Shown here: piece after piece, positions 31,301 to 40,718 of the stretch
How the letters are laid out: the number at the start of each line of letters is the position of its first letter
Position numbering within the stretch: the first letter of the stretch is position 1
Source: a candidate division FCPU426 bacterium
GTDB taxonomy: Bacteria > Oederibacteriota > PGYV01 > Palsa-1178
NCBI GenBank assembly: GCA_963840035.1
Contig: CAWIXE010000002.1
Location: forward strand, 1,312,001 to 1,376,000
Length of the DNA stretch: 64,000 bases
Reading direction: 5' to 3'
Notes under the pieces: generated by a model
The model's input: the letters and a program-made list of their open reading frames with translations, nothing else
Told to the model about the DNA's origin: nothing
Database searches by the model: none
Program-made: the position numbers and the translations under genes

Positions 31301-32440
31301 TTATTCAGCCGGTAAAATAAAGCTGAATATATTGCCATTATCGTCTGTTTTTGACTGTTCTATCCACACCATGCCATGGTGCGCTTCCACAATTGCCTTT
31401 GTCAGGGTTAACCCCATACCCAGACCCTTTGCGGACTTGCTTGTTTCAAAATCATCGCCATATTTGGCCACGTTATGGAATTGCCTGAAAATCTCGCGCC
31501 TGTCCATACCGGCAATCGGATTTCCGGTATCATATACGGATACCTTTATGAATTCATTTTCATTATATATGAATTTTCTGATGGAAATCTCTATGGCTGC
31601 TTTTACCGGCCCGAATTTGGATGCATTGTCCACAAGGTGAAATATCACCCTAATTATTTTTTTTATATCGCAGCTTATCTCGCCGATATCATCAAATATC
31701 TTGATGCTTAATTCCTGCCTTTTTTGCTTTAACTGTTCCTGAAGGCTGTCTACGGACTTTTCTATGATTTCCATTACCCGGTGTTTTCTGACACACAACG
31801 GTTCCCCCGCTTCCTCAAGGGAATAGAGCATTATGAGGTCATCTGTAAGGTCTTTGAGCCTTTTGCTGTTTTTTGCTATGTTCCTGATAACATCAAGCTG
31901 CCTCGGCGGGATTTCGCCAAACTCTTTTTTCATCAGAAGGGTTATATAACCGGCCACCGGTGTTAAAGGCGTGCGTAATTCATGGGAAAGCAGGTTTAAA
32001 AAATTCCTCTTTTGTTCCTTATACATTTTATTATAATGCTCATCCGTGGATTCGCGTTTTGTTTTAATGGCGCTGTCCACCTTTTCAGCCACATCTTTCA
32101 TGTCAAAAGGCTTGATGATGTATTCGACAACACCGTTCCTTATGGCGTCAATGGCGTTTTGCAGTTCCGGGTAGGCTGTCATGAAAATAACAGGCACTTT
32201 TTTATTATTTAATTTCAGGAGTTTAACAAGGGCTACGCCGTCCATTTTATCCATGCGTATGTCGGAAATAATCACATCAAAATCCTCTTTTTCAGCCAAA
32301 AAAGCCGCGTCTGCGCCGTTTGACGCCTGCTTTACGAAGAAACCTTTTTTCTCAAAAAACATAATAAGCGCTTCCCTTATGGAATACTCGTCATCAACAA
32401 CAAGTATCTTCTTTTGCGTGTCGGCGGCTGCTTCTTTCAT
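31301..32440 (-). CDS. Hybrid REC-HisKA-HATPase signalling protein
   Basis: ILVVDDE, SDIRMD, SHELRTPLT, DNASKF, GLGMGL; start could be 32488. Confidence 0.88.
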   Translation of the reverse strand: MKEAAADTQKKILVVDDEYSIREALIMFFEKKGFFVKQASNGADAAFLAEKEDFDVIISDIRMDKMDGVALVKLLKLNNKKVPVIFMTAYPELQNAIDAIRNGVVEYIIKPFDMKDVAEKVDSAIKTKRESTDEHYNKMYKEQKRNFLNLLSHELRTPLTPVAGYITLLMKKEFGEIPPRQLDVIRNIAKNSKRLKDLTDDLIMLYSLEEAGEPLCVRKHRVMEIIEKSVDSLQEQLKQKRQELSIKIFDDIGEISCDIKKIIRVIFHLVDNASKFGPVKAAIEISIRKFIYNENEFIKVSVYDTGNPIAGMDRREIFRQFHNVAKYGDDFETSKSAKGLGMGLTLTKAIVEAHHGMVWIEQSKTDDNGNIFSFILPAE

Positions 32441-32509
32441 CAAAACCTCATCATGTGAGCCAGAAATAAGCCCGGATTTGCGGTGCACACTTTTATGCGG
32501 CGCGCCTTA

Positions 32510-32761
32510 TTAGTTTTCCGTATTTTTGTTGTACTTTTTTAGCAATTCAGAGTATTTCCCGAGCATTTCCTCGTACCTGTTAACTATGCTTAAATGAACG
32601 TCCAGGAGTTTTCTGTCGCTGTGGTCCTGCAGCATGCTGCGGAAAAATTCCGATGTATTCTTACCTTCTTTGCGCGCCAGAAGTTCAGCCTGTTTTTTTT
32701 CATCCCTGTTAACCCTGATCAGTATCTTTTTTTCCTTTTTCATTTTGCCTTTTTCTCTCAT
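32510..32761 (-). CDS. Small ribbon-helix-helix (CopG/MobC-like) DNA-binding protein
   Basis: ILIRVNRDEKKQAELLARKEGKNTSEFFRSML; AGGGGAG RBS. Confidence 0.6.
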   Translation of the reverse strand: MREKGKMKKEKKILIRVNRDEKKQAELLARKEGKNTSEFFRSMLQDHSDRKLLDVHLSIVNRYEEMLGKYSELLKKYNKNTEN

Positions 32762-32825
32762 GTTTACACTCCCCTGTTTGTCATTGTAGGTCTTACTGTT
32801 TTTATACACCCTTTATTTACAAAAG

Positions 32826-34214
32826 TCAATTTTTATTTGTTTTCTTTCTGGCGTTTATGCCGTTGACATACGCTTTCCTCACTCCCAGGTTCCACATAAG
32901 CGCGATCACGGCCGTTGAAAAGGAGCGCGTCGACAAAAGCGTCCTGAAAAACCTCCCCCATACCGCCATAAGCGGCAGCGTCAGGACATTCTTAACCCCG
33001 TACACGATGTTGACAAGCTCTTCCTCTGAAAGGCTGTCATGGCTGTAGACAACATTCGAAAAATTATATTTCGACCAGTCTCCCGGATACGAGGCTTTTG
33101 TTATCCTCCCTTCAGATATAAGCCTGTCATACAGTTTTGTCCCGGGAAACGGCGTTAAGTGCGTCAGCTGAAATGCGTCCACTCCCATTTTATTTATGAA
33201 CTCCGGAAGTGTTTTTATTGTTTTCCGGCTGTCAAATGGGTATCCCACCATAAACGAACCCAGCACAGCGATACCGTGGCTGTGTATCCTGTTAATAAGC
33301 TCCTCATATCTTTTGAGAAGGTTAAGGTTGGTGCCCTTATTCATGGCCTTAAGGTTGTCCGGATCCACGCTTTCAAAACCCACAAGCATCATCCTGCATC
33401 CGCTTTTGTACATAGCTTTGAGTACTCTGTCATCCTCGCCTACATTTATGGAACACTGGCAGAACCAGTCTTTTTTTATGCCCTCTTTCACTATCCTCTC
33501 AAAAAGGTCCACTGCGCGCGCCTTTTGTTCCGCCGTGCGCCCCACAATGTTATCGTCATAGAAAAAAACATGTTTCTGTTTTACCTCTTTGAGCTCGCTG
33601 ATTATCTCATCTATCGGCCTGAGCCGGTATTTAAACCCGTTAAAAATGGTAACAGTACAGAAGTCACAATTCATGGGGCATCCTCTCGATGTTTGTACCG
33701 CGCCCCAAAAATATTTATCGCTGAAAATGCCGTTCGGGAAGGATCCTATTTTCACATCCTCGGCTTTTTTTTCCTGCCTGTATACCCTGCCCAGCGCGCC
33801 TGCCCTGGCATCTTCCAGCAGTTTTTCCCAGACTCCTTCCGCTTCGCCGACAACCACGCTGTCACAGTAACCCAGCGCCTCGTCCGGAAAAAAAGAAACA
33901 TGGATGCCGCCCATGACAACAGGAATCCCATCATCTTTAAGTTTTTCCGCTATCTCATAAGCGCGGGTTACTGTCGATGTAAAAGCAGTGATGCCGGCAA
34001 GGTCAATCTTTCCCGCGGACAAAATTTTTTCCTCGAAATTTTCAAAATTCTCGTCTATTACGACCACCTCAATGTCCGGCGGCGTAAGCTTTGCCAGGAC
34101 TCCCAGCGACATTGGCTTGCATTTCGTAAACGAAGTGGTAGCCAGCCCGCGCTGCGCGTTTACCGGGTTTACAAGCAGAATCCTTTTTAATTTATCCATT
34201 GGCCGCGCCGTCAT
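32826..34214 (-). CDS. Cobalamin-binding radical SAM protein
   Basis: VVMGGIH, VGEAE, TSRGCPMNCDFC, LTPFPGT. Confidence 0.92.
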   Translation of the reverse strand: MTARPMDKLKRILLVNPVNAQRGLATTSFTKCKPMSLGVLAKLTPPDIEVVVIDENFENFEEKILSAGKIDLAGITAFTSTVTRAYEIAEKLKDDGIPVVMGGIHVSFFPDEALGYCDSVVVGEAEGVWEKLLEDARAGALGRVYRQEKKAEDVKIGSFPNGIFSDKYFWGAVQTSRGCPMNCDFCTVTIFNGFKYRLRPIDEIISELKEVKQKHVFFYDDNIVGRTAEQKARAVDLFERIVKEGIKKDWFCQCSINVGEDDRVLKAMYKSGCRMMLVGFESVDPDNLKAMNKGTNLNLLKRYEELINRIHSHGIAVLGSFMVGYPFDSRKTIKTLPEFINKMGVDAFQLTHLTPFPGTKLYDRLISEGRITKASYPGDWSKYNFSNVVYSHDSLSEEELVNIVYGVKNVLTLPLMAVWGRFFRTLLSTRSFSTAVIALMWNLGVRKAYVNGINARKKTNKN

Positions 34215-36310
34215 TCATTCTGCGCCGGAAATAAAACCGTAAAAACACATCCTCCGGCCGGCAAATTTTCCGCTCTGATAAACCCATTATGCGCCTCCAG
34301 TATGTTTTTTGATATCGCCAGTCCCAGCCCCGTGCCGTCAGCTTTTGTGGAAAAGAACGGTTCGTATATTTTTTCAAGCACAACAGGATCTATCCCCTGC
34401 CCGTGGTCTCGCACCCCGACAAAAACGTATTTTTTTCCGAACAACACCTCCGTGCCGGATGAGAATTCGATGTCGCCTCCGTCCGGCATTGCCTGTACCG
34501 CATTCATAATTATATTCAGCAGCACCTGTTTTACCTGCTCTTCGTCTATTTTTACGCGCGGTATTGTTTCCATTTTATTTGTAACGCGTATTTTCCTGTC
34601 CCTGAAAGTGAGTTTCATAAACTCCGCCACATTATCCATGGTTTTAATCAGGTCCGCATCCTTAAGTTTTATCGCCGCCGAATGGCTGAGCGCAAGCAGG
34701 TTATTGGTGAGTTTTTCAAGCCTTTTAAATTCGTCCGGAGCAATCTCCAGGAATTTATCTATGGCAGCCGTATTGCTTCTGTCATCCTTTGCCATCTGCA
34801 GGAAACCGCTCAAACCGGTTATGGGGTTCCTTATTTCATGCGCCACGGTGGCCGACATTTGCCCAAGCATGGCAAGCCTTTCGGAGTGCATCAGCTGTTC
34901 ATAAAGAAGTATGTTCTCAATCACAACTGTCGCCTGGGACGCTATATTTTCTATCCAGTGTATCTCCTCCCTGCGGAAGGTGGATTTGTTAAGTTTCTCG
35001 CCTATTATCCAGACCCCTTTTAACTCGCCGTTTAAATGCAGCGGAACGCACAGCTCCGCGTCATATTTTTTCAGCGTGAAGAGGACCTCATTTACATCGA
35101 TGTCCATATACTCGTTTTTCGGGGCGAAATAATATGCAACATCGTCCTCGATTTTTTTATAATAAACGGTTTCTTTTCTGTCCTTAAAATACCTGATTAA
35201 CGGATGCTTTTCCGGCAGGCAGGACCCGTCGCGCGTCCAGTCAGGATAAGGAAGGAAACACGTTTTTTCCGCGTTCCAGAAAAATATGACCGAATTTTTC
35301 AGTTTGAGGACCCTCACTATATATTCGGTTATCTTTTCAAAAAGCGGGGCATAATTCTTTACAAACCTGATCTTAAGCAGTATCTGCTGGAGCAGCACCT
35401 GATAGTCATAGTGCGATATAAAAAAGGCCTTCCTTGTCACCCTGTCGAGCATTTTCAGCGTCGGGTCCATGCCGAGCGTGACAAAAAGCGTTATTATGAA
35501 AAAGGCGAAGACCTTATACGGCATGCCTTCCAGCTTCGTAAAAATCAGCTCATTTGCCATGACATATATTATAACGACCAGCCACGCGTTAAACGCGTAC
35601 ATTAGTGTCTTCTGGAGCAGCTCCCTGATATTAAGGAGGTTATATGTAAGTATCGAATAAGTAATGAGGGTAAAAAATACAAGGACGCCGATTCCGGCCA
35701 TCGGAAAGATATTAAAACCGAAGATGTTTAGGATGTTCGTGATCCCGCCCAGAAAACCCATGGCAGTTCCCAGGGCCAGGTACTGTATCTGTTTTTTCTC
35801 CTGCGCAAGGATGCCCCTGGAAAGATATTTCCTGATCAGCATATAATTGCCCAACACGACGCAGGAAATCAGTATGAATACAAATATCATGTATATTATA
35901 TCCGGCTGTGCGACAAAGCCAAGCCTGCCTTTCTGAATCATGCCCTTAAAGCCTATGCCCGACACGTTCATAACGCCCGCGAAAAGAGCCAGCCCGAGAA
36001 GCGCCTTTTCAGCCAGTATTAATCTCCCCGAATACTTTGTAAGCAGCCTCACAAAAAGCAGCATCGCCACAGGCAGGAGCAGTATGGCCGGCCTGATAAT
36101 CCTTGAGACCATGTTTGCCTCTTCCATGCTGTGCGCGATGCGCAGCAGGTAAAGGTCAAGCTGCCAGAGGGCCACAAGCAGGTAAAAAAATGCGGCCGCG
36201 AGGTTCAGCTTGCTCCCTCTCTCTTTAAGCGCCGTTACAACCGCCAGTACAAATACTCCCACGCACGAAATTATTACCTGTGCCTGATACGCGTCAAAAC
36301 CCTGGTTCAT
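34211..36310 (-). CDS. Membrane sensor histidine kinase (7TM-type N-terminus, GAF-like, HisKA, HATPase)
   Basis: Multiple TM helices; AHEIRNP; NAVQA; DHGQG; GTGLGL. Confidence 0.9.
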   Translation of the reverse strand: MNQGFDAYQAQVIISCVGVFVLAVVTALKERGSKLNLAAAFFYLLVALWQLDLYLLRIAHSMEEANMVSRIIRPAILLLPVAMLLFVRLLTKYSGRLILAEKALLGLALFAGVMNVSGIGFKGMIQKGRLGFVAQPDIIYMIFVFILISCVVLGNYMLIRKYLSRGILAQEKKQIQYLALGTAMGFLGGITNILNIFGFNIFPMAGIGVLVFFTLITYSILTYNLLNIRELLQKTLMYAFNAWLVVIIYVMANELIFTKLEGMPYKVFAFFIITLFVTLGMDPTLKMLDRVTRKAFFISHYDYQVLLQQILLKIRFVKNYAPLFEKITEYIVRVLKLKNSVIFFWNAEKTCFLPYPDWTRDGSCLPEKHPLIRYFKDRKETVYYKKIEDDVAYYFAPKNEYMDIDVNEVLFTLKKYDAELCVPLHLNGELKGVWIIGEKLNKSTFRREEIHWIENIASQATVVIENILLYEQLMHSERLAMLGQMSATVAHEIRNPITGLSGFLQMAKDDRSNTAAIDKFLEIAPDEFKRLEKLTNNLLALSHSAAIKLKDADLIKTMDNVAEFMKLTFRDRKIRVTNKMETIPRVKIDEEQVKQVLLNIIMNAVQAMPDGGDIEFSSGTEVLFGKKYVFVGVRDHGQGIDPVVLEKIYEPFFSTKADGTGLGLAISKNILEAHNGFIRAENLPAGGCVFTVLFPAQNE

Positions 36311-36311
36311 T

Positions 36312-37049
36312 TCAGCCCTTTCCTTTTTTTAGCGCGATGAAGTCGTCAAAACCCCTGTACATTGTCTTATGAGCCAGGAGCCTGTAGCCGTTTTTTTTCA
36401 GCAACTGAATTATATCAGAAACCGGCGTAACCCCGTACATTTTTCTGTGGACCCTCGATATCAGCAGGTTAATGATACCCACCCTGAAGAGCCTCATAAA
36501 ATTTAAAGCAAGCCCGAGGACGCCATTTTCTTTTATTTCCATTGCGAACAGGCTCCCCACAAGCACAGGCCTGTTATGCGATATTACAAGCATCCCGCCG
36601 GGCTTTAACACCCGGTCAAACTCCATGACAGTCCGTTTTTTATCATCCAGCATAAAAAGCGCGTGAATGCTCGCAACCGAGTCAAATGAGCAGCTTTGAT
36701 AAGGAAGCCTGCGGTTTAGATCCCCCTCCATTATATCAGCCAGCCTTTTCAAGTCAGGTTTCTTAGATAATTTTTTGCGGAAACGGCCGAGCATGGCGCG
36801 GGAAATATCAAGGCAATTTAAGGTATGCCCTTTTTCAAGAAGCCTCATCGAAAGCTCTCCTGTCCCGCATCCGGCGTCAAATATCCGTTTTATTCCCCTG
36901 CCCGGAGCGGTCCATCGCACAGCTTCATCGATTACTTCCCTGTATGGCTTATAATAACGCGCGAGGTCGTCATAAGCTCCCGCATAAAGCCGCCACATCG
37001 CGTCTTCAAATTTACCGGTTAATTCCCCGCCAGCCATCAGTGCCTCCAT
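36312..37049 (-). CDS. Class I SAM-dependent methyltransferase
   Basis: IFDAGCGTG, LDIS, RVLKPGG. Confidence 0.88.
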   Translation of the reverse strand: MEALMAGGELTGKFEDAMWRLYAGAYDDLARYYKPYREVIDEAVRWTAPGRGIKRIFDAGCGTGELSMRLLEKGHTLNCLDISRAMLGRFRKKLSKKPDLKRLADIMEGDLNRRLPYQSCSFDSVASIHALFMLDDKKRTVMEFDRVLKPGGMLVISHNRPVLVGSLFAMEIKENGVLGLALNFMRLFRVGIINLLISRVHRKMYGVTPVSDIIQLLKKNGYRLLAHKTMYRGFDDFIALKKGKG

Positions 37050-37065
37050 ATCAAAAACCGTTTTT

Positions 37066-38310
37066 TTAGAATACTCTCAGAATAAGGCTGGCGTTGTTTC
37101 CGCCAAAACCAAAGGAATTTATCAGGGCTACGGATATTTTTTTCCTTATTGACTCATTTGGCACGTAGTCCAGGTCGCAATCCGGGTCTTCCACTTCATA
37201 ATTAATGGTCGGCGGTATGTATCCGTTAAATCCGGCGAGGAGCGTGGCCGCTGTCTGGAACCCTCCCGAAACCCCCAGTGGATGTCCAACCATGGATTTT
37301 ATCGAAGAAATTTTTATTTTCTCCGAATGCCCGTTAAAGACCTTCTTTATGGCCCTGGTCTCCCTGATGTCGGATACAAGCGACGAACTTCCGTGCGCGC
37401 TTATATAATCGACTTCGTCATAGGCAATCCCCGCGTCCCTTACAGCTTCCGCTATGGTCCTGGCCGCTTCCCCGCCTGTATCGTCCATCTTATACATCGA
37501 CAACGCTTCCGAAGTATTACCGTAACCGATTACTTCGGCATAAATCTTCGCGTTCCTTTTTTTTGCCGAATCAAGGTTTTCCATCATGAACATGGCCGCG
37601 CCTTCGCTTAATATATAGCCATCCCTGTTTTTATCAAAAGGCCTGCTTGCCTTGCCGGGATCCTCATTTCTTTTAGATAGTGACCTTGAAGCGCAAAATG
37701 CGCCTATGATCGAAGGAGTAATAGGAGCCTCCGCGCCGCCGCATAATACCATATCCCTTTTCCCATATTTAATAAGTTCGTAAGTGTGGCCCAGTGCGTT
37801 AAGCGTCGATGAACACCCTGTGGAAATTGTAGTAGCCCGTCCTTTTATTCCCATTTCCACTGACAATAACGCTGCTGCCGCATTTGGCAAAGCGCCTAAA
37901 ACTGTAAAAGGGCTCATCCTTCCTGGCCCTTTTTCATGGAGAATCCTTATCTGCTCCTCAATTATCTCAAGGGCGTTTATACTTACACCTACGACAATAT
38001 CAGCAGAAGAAAGACAATCGCTTTTTACAGCAAGTCCGGAGTCTTTTACCGCTTCCTTCGCGGCGCAAACAGCCAGCTGCGAAAATCTCGGCAGCCTTTT
38101 GACTTCGCCTTTCGCGAAGTGGTCTTCGGGGTTAAAATTTTTAACCTCGCCCGCTATGGTGGATGAAAATCCGGCGGTATCAAATGCGGTTATCTGGCCG
38201 ACCCCGCTTTTCCCGTTTACAAGGGAACGCCAAAATTCCTCCTTGCAATTGCCGTTAGGAGCAATAATCCCGAAGCCTGTAATGACTGCCCGATTATTAG
38301 TATAGCTTAT
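37066..38310 (-). CDS. Beta-ketoacyl-ACP synthase (FabF/KS family) with apparent ATA start
   Basis: Frame stays open 131 codons upstream of track start 37917 and encodes RAVITGFGIIAPNG; catalytic TGCSS, AHGSS, GHPLG; NSFGFGG. Confidence 0.85.
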   Translation of the reverse strand: MSYTNNRAVITGFGIIAPNGNCKEEFWRSLVNGKSGVGQITAFDTAGFSSTIAGEVKNFNPEDHFAKGEVKRLPRFSQLAVCAAKEAVKDSGLAVKSDCLSSADIVVGVSINALEIIEEQIRILHEKGPGRMSPFTVLGALPNAAAALLSVEMGIKGRATTISTGCSSTLNALGHTYELIKYGKRDMVLCGGAEAPITPSIIGAFCASRSLSKRNEDPGKASRPFDKNRDGYILSEGAAMFMMENLDSAKKRNAKIYAEVIGYGNTSEALSMYKMDDTGGEAARTIAEAVRDAGIAYDEVDYISAHGSSSLVSDIRETRAIKKVFNGHSEKIKISSIKSMVGHPLGVSGGFQTAATLLAGFNGYIPPTINYEVEDPDCDLDYVPNESIRKKISVALINSFGFGGNNASLILRVF

Positions 38311-38333
38311 GAGACATCCCTCCTTTCTCTTTC

Positions 38334-38361
38334 ATTATATCTTTTCGCATTTCCGTGTCAA
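38334..38361 (-). promoter_or_regulatory. Sigma70-type promoter for the KS cluster
   Basis: TTGACA-16 nt-TATAAT on the minus strand. Confidence 0.75.
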
Positions 38362-38444
38362 GAATAAATACCACATTGTCTATACAACAGCACATACAAT
38401 ATTTTTACAGAAAAATGAAAAGTATTTTCTTCTTCGCGGTTTTT

Positions 38445-39842
38445 TTAGTTAATCGAGACTTTCAGTATCTTTTTAGTTCCGGCGCCGACTAACACACGAT
38501 CATCAACCCTGCCGGATACCCATATAATATTATTTTTGTCGGCGATAATTGTCAGCGGTTTTTTCATCCCTTTTCCCGACGCGAATTTCTTCAATTTAAC
38601 TTCATGCTTCATGCCGAACGGAATGAACCTGTCGCCGTTTTTCTTATCCCTGAAAATAACCGGAAATAAAATCTTTTCAGCGTCAAAATAGGCGCAGGAC
38701 TGGTCTTTCAGGTCAATATCCGCGGAATTATCAATCACTTCGAGGCAATAACGCGCCCCGTTAAATTCAACCGCAACACCCGGCTTATACACCCTTACCG
38801 GAGCGTTTTTCTTCTGCCTAATTGGTTTTTTTACCACGACAAAAGCGCCGTCCTGTTCACACACAAATCCCTCGGGCAGCGACGCCTTCCCTCCATTCAA
38901 AAGACAATTCTCCACATCCGTTACAGCTCGTGAAGCCGCCATCCTTACATGGATAAAAATCATTTCAAGCGCGGATTTTATCACCCGCAGACGAAGCGCG
39001 CGGTGCATGGACTTAAGTTTTTTTACGTTAAACTTTACCGTATTGCCCGCCACGTCAGTTACCCGCGGAAAAACCGACTGCGCGGCAGAACCCATGAATT
39101 CATTTTCCTCGGCGAGAATACCGGCCGTAGATGATAGCGCGTCCTTAAACGAATTGTTATATTCCTTCTCTATCTGGGGTATAAGCCGGTTCCGGAGCCT
39201 GTTTCTCATATATATATCCCTGCTGTTTGTTTTATCGATAACAAACGGCACCTCTTCCGCCTTAAGATATTCCAAAATATCTTTTTTCAAAACATCGATA
39301 AGCGGCCTTACAATCATAATCTTATTGTGGAACCGCTCCTTTATCCCGAACTCGCCGCTGTTGACAATCCTGGAAGAAGGAATCCCGGAGAGCCCCGCCC
39401 CGCCCGACCCGGATATCATACGGAACAGCACCGTTTCCGCGTTGTCATCCTTATTATGTGCAAGCGCTATCTTTCCCGCTTTTAAACGCAGCGCGTTCTC
39501 AATAAAAAATTTATACCGCTCATCCCTCGCCACTTTTTCAATCCCGCCTTTTCTTTCGGCCGCGAGTTTTTTTATGTCCTTCTCGCCGTAAATAAAAGGC
39601 ACCCCGTAAAGCGCGGCCATTTTTCTTACGAATTCCGCGTCAATCGAAGAGTCTTTGCCGCGGAGCATATGGTTAAAATGCGCGGCATAAATGGTGAGTT
39701 TGTACTGGTATTTTATAAGGTTTAAAAGATGGAATAAAGCCGTGGAATCAGGCCCGCCTGAAACGCCCACTAAAACAGCGTCGCCTTTGGAAATATATTT
39801 ATGGAATGTTTTGGTGAAAGAAGAAACGAGGTTGTTTTTCAT
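38445..39842 (-). CDS. tilS: tRNA(Ile)-lysidine synthetase
   Basis: VSGGPDS, HFNHMLRG, AHNKDDNAET, RNRLR. Confidence 0.93.
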   Translation of the reverse strand: MKNNLVSSFTKTFHKYISKGDAVLVGVSGGPDSTALFHLLNLIKYQYKLTIYAAHFNHMLRGKDSSIDAEFVRKMAALYGVPFIYGEKDIKKLAAERKGGIEKVARDERYKFFIENALRLKAGKIALAHNKDDNAETVLFRMISGSGGAGLSGIPSSRIVNSGEFGIKERFHNKIMIVRPLIDVLKKDILEYLKAEEVPFVIDKTNSRDIYMRNRLRNRLIPQIEKEYNNSFKDALSSTAGILAEENEFMGSAAQSVFPRVTDVAGNTVKFNVKKLKSMHRALRLRVIKSALEMIFIHVRMAASRAVTDVENCLLNGGKASLPEGFVCEQDGAFVVVKKPIRQKKNAPVRVYKPGVAVEFNGARYCLEVIDNSADIDLKDQSCAYFDAEKILFPVIFRDKKNGDRFIPFGMKHEVKLKKFASGKGMKKPLTIIADKNNIIWVSGRVDDRVLVGAGTKKILKVSIN

Positions 39843-39897
39843 TAAGTTCCCATCTTCTGAATATGCGTCTTTACTGGATATCGCTACCAAATTTTTT

Positions 39898-39975
39898 TGG
39901 TAGCGGCGGAGGGAGTCGAACCCCCGACACTACGGGTATGAACCGTATGCTCTAAACCAACTGAGCTACGCCGCC
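39898..39975 (-). tRNA. tRNA-Met (CAT), elongator type
   Basis: GGCGGCG acceptor stem, TACGG-TTCATAC-CCGTA anticodon arm, TTCGA, encoded CCA. Confidence 0.9.
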
Positions 39976-40446
39976 ACTAAAAATTTTTATAATGCCAAAT
40001 TTACTCAGGCTCAGTTCGTCGCCTTAAGGCGACGGTAACTGAGCTCAAATGTTGCGCGAGCCTTCAGGCGAGCGCTCGAAAATCAAAGGTTTACCTTCAT
40101 CTCATTTTGCCGGTTACTACCGGCACGCCGCCACTAAAAATTTTTATAATGCCAAATTTACTCAGGCTCAGTTCGTCGCCTTAAGGCGACGGTAACTGAG
40201 CTCAAATGTTGCGCGAGCCTTCAGGCGAGCGCTCGAAAATCAAAGGTTTACCTTCATCTCATTTTGCCGGTTACTACCGGCACGCCGCCACTAAAAATTT
40301 TTATAATGCCAAATTTACTCAGGCTCAGTTCGTCGCCTTAAGGCGACGGTAACTGAGCTAAAATGTTGTGTTCGCCTCAAGGCGAACACTCGAAGATCAA
40401 AGGTCCACCTTCATCTCATTTTGCCGGCTACTGCCGGCACGACGCC
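39968..40446. repeat. Tandem array, 3 x 157 bp, in the tRNA-Met leader
   Basis: Units begin at 39968, 40125 and 40282 (partial at 40439); first two look identical, third has substitutions. Confidence 0.92.
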
Positions 40447-40465
40447 ACAACGTTGGCCCCGTTTT

Positions 40466-40560
40466 ACCGTGGCCAGTAGTCGGCCACAACCGACACTGCC
40501 ACAGCGCTGGCTCCACCGTGGCCAGTAGTCGGCTACTGCCGACACTGCCACTGCGCTGGC
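40466..40560. repeat. Imperfect 49-bp direct duplication
   Basis: ACCGTGGCCAGTAGTCGGC...CCGACACTGCCAC.GCGCTGGC at 40466 and 40515. Confidence 0.8.
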
Positions 40561-40594
40561 CTCGTTCCATACGCTGCTCCATTAAGACCATAAC

Positions 40595-40623
40595 TTTATA
40601 ACAAAAACCCAGTTTTTATGCAA
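40595..40623 (-). promoter_or_regulatory. Candidate promoter for the tRNA-Met/tilS transcript
   Basis: TTGCAT-17-TATAAA with TG extension. Confidence 0.5.
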
Positions 40624-40718
40624 GGTATTTTTATCCGGCGCCGTACTTTTCCCCCTTTACACGCGTCTAATATATGTGTTAAAGTTTACTCAAATCCGCT
40701 TTATATACGAGGTGAAAA

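Noticed and set aside
33159..34190. 343 aa plus-strand ORF
   Set aside because: Fully antisense to the radical SAM gene, no recognisable motifs
39898..39975. tRNA-Ile2 (TilS substrate) beside tilS
   Set aside because: Acceptor stem and TTCATAC loop resemble elongator tRNA-Met; a tRNA identity classifier would settle it
39968..40446. CRISPR array
   Set aside because: Whole 157-bp units repeat with no unique spacers; no cas genes in the window
40368..40601. Small ORFs on both strands
   Set aside because: Lie within repeats, no RBS or motif support
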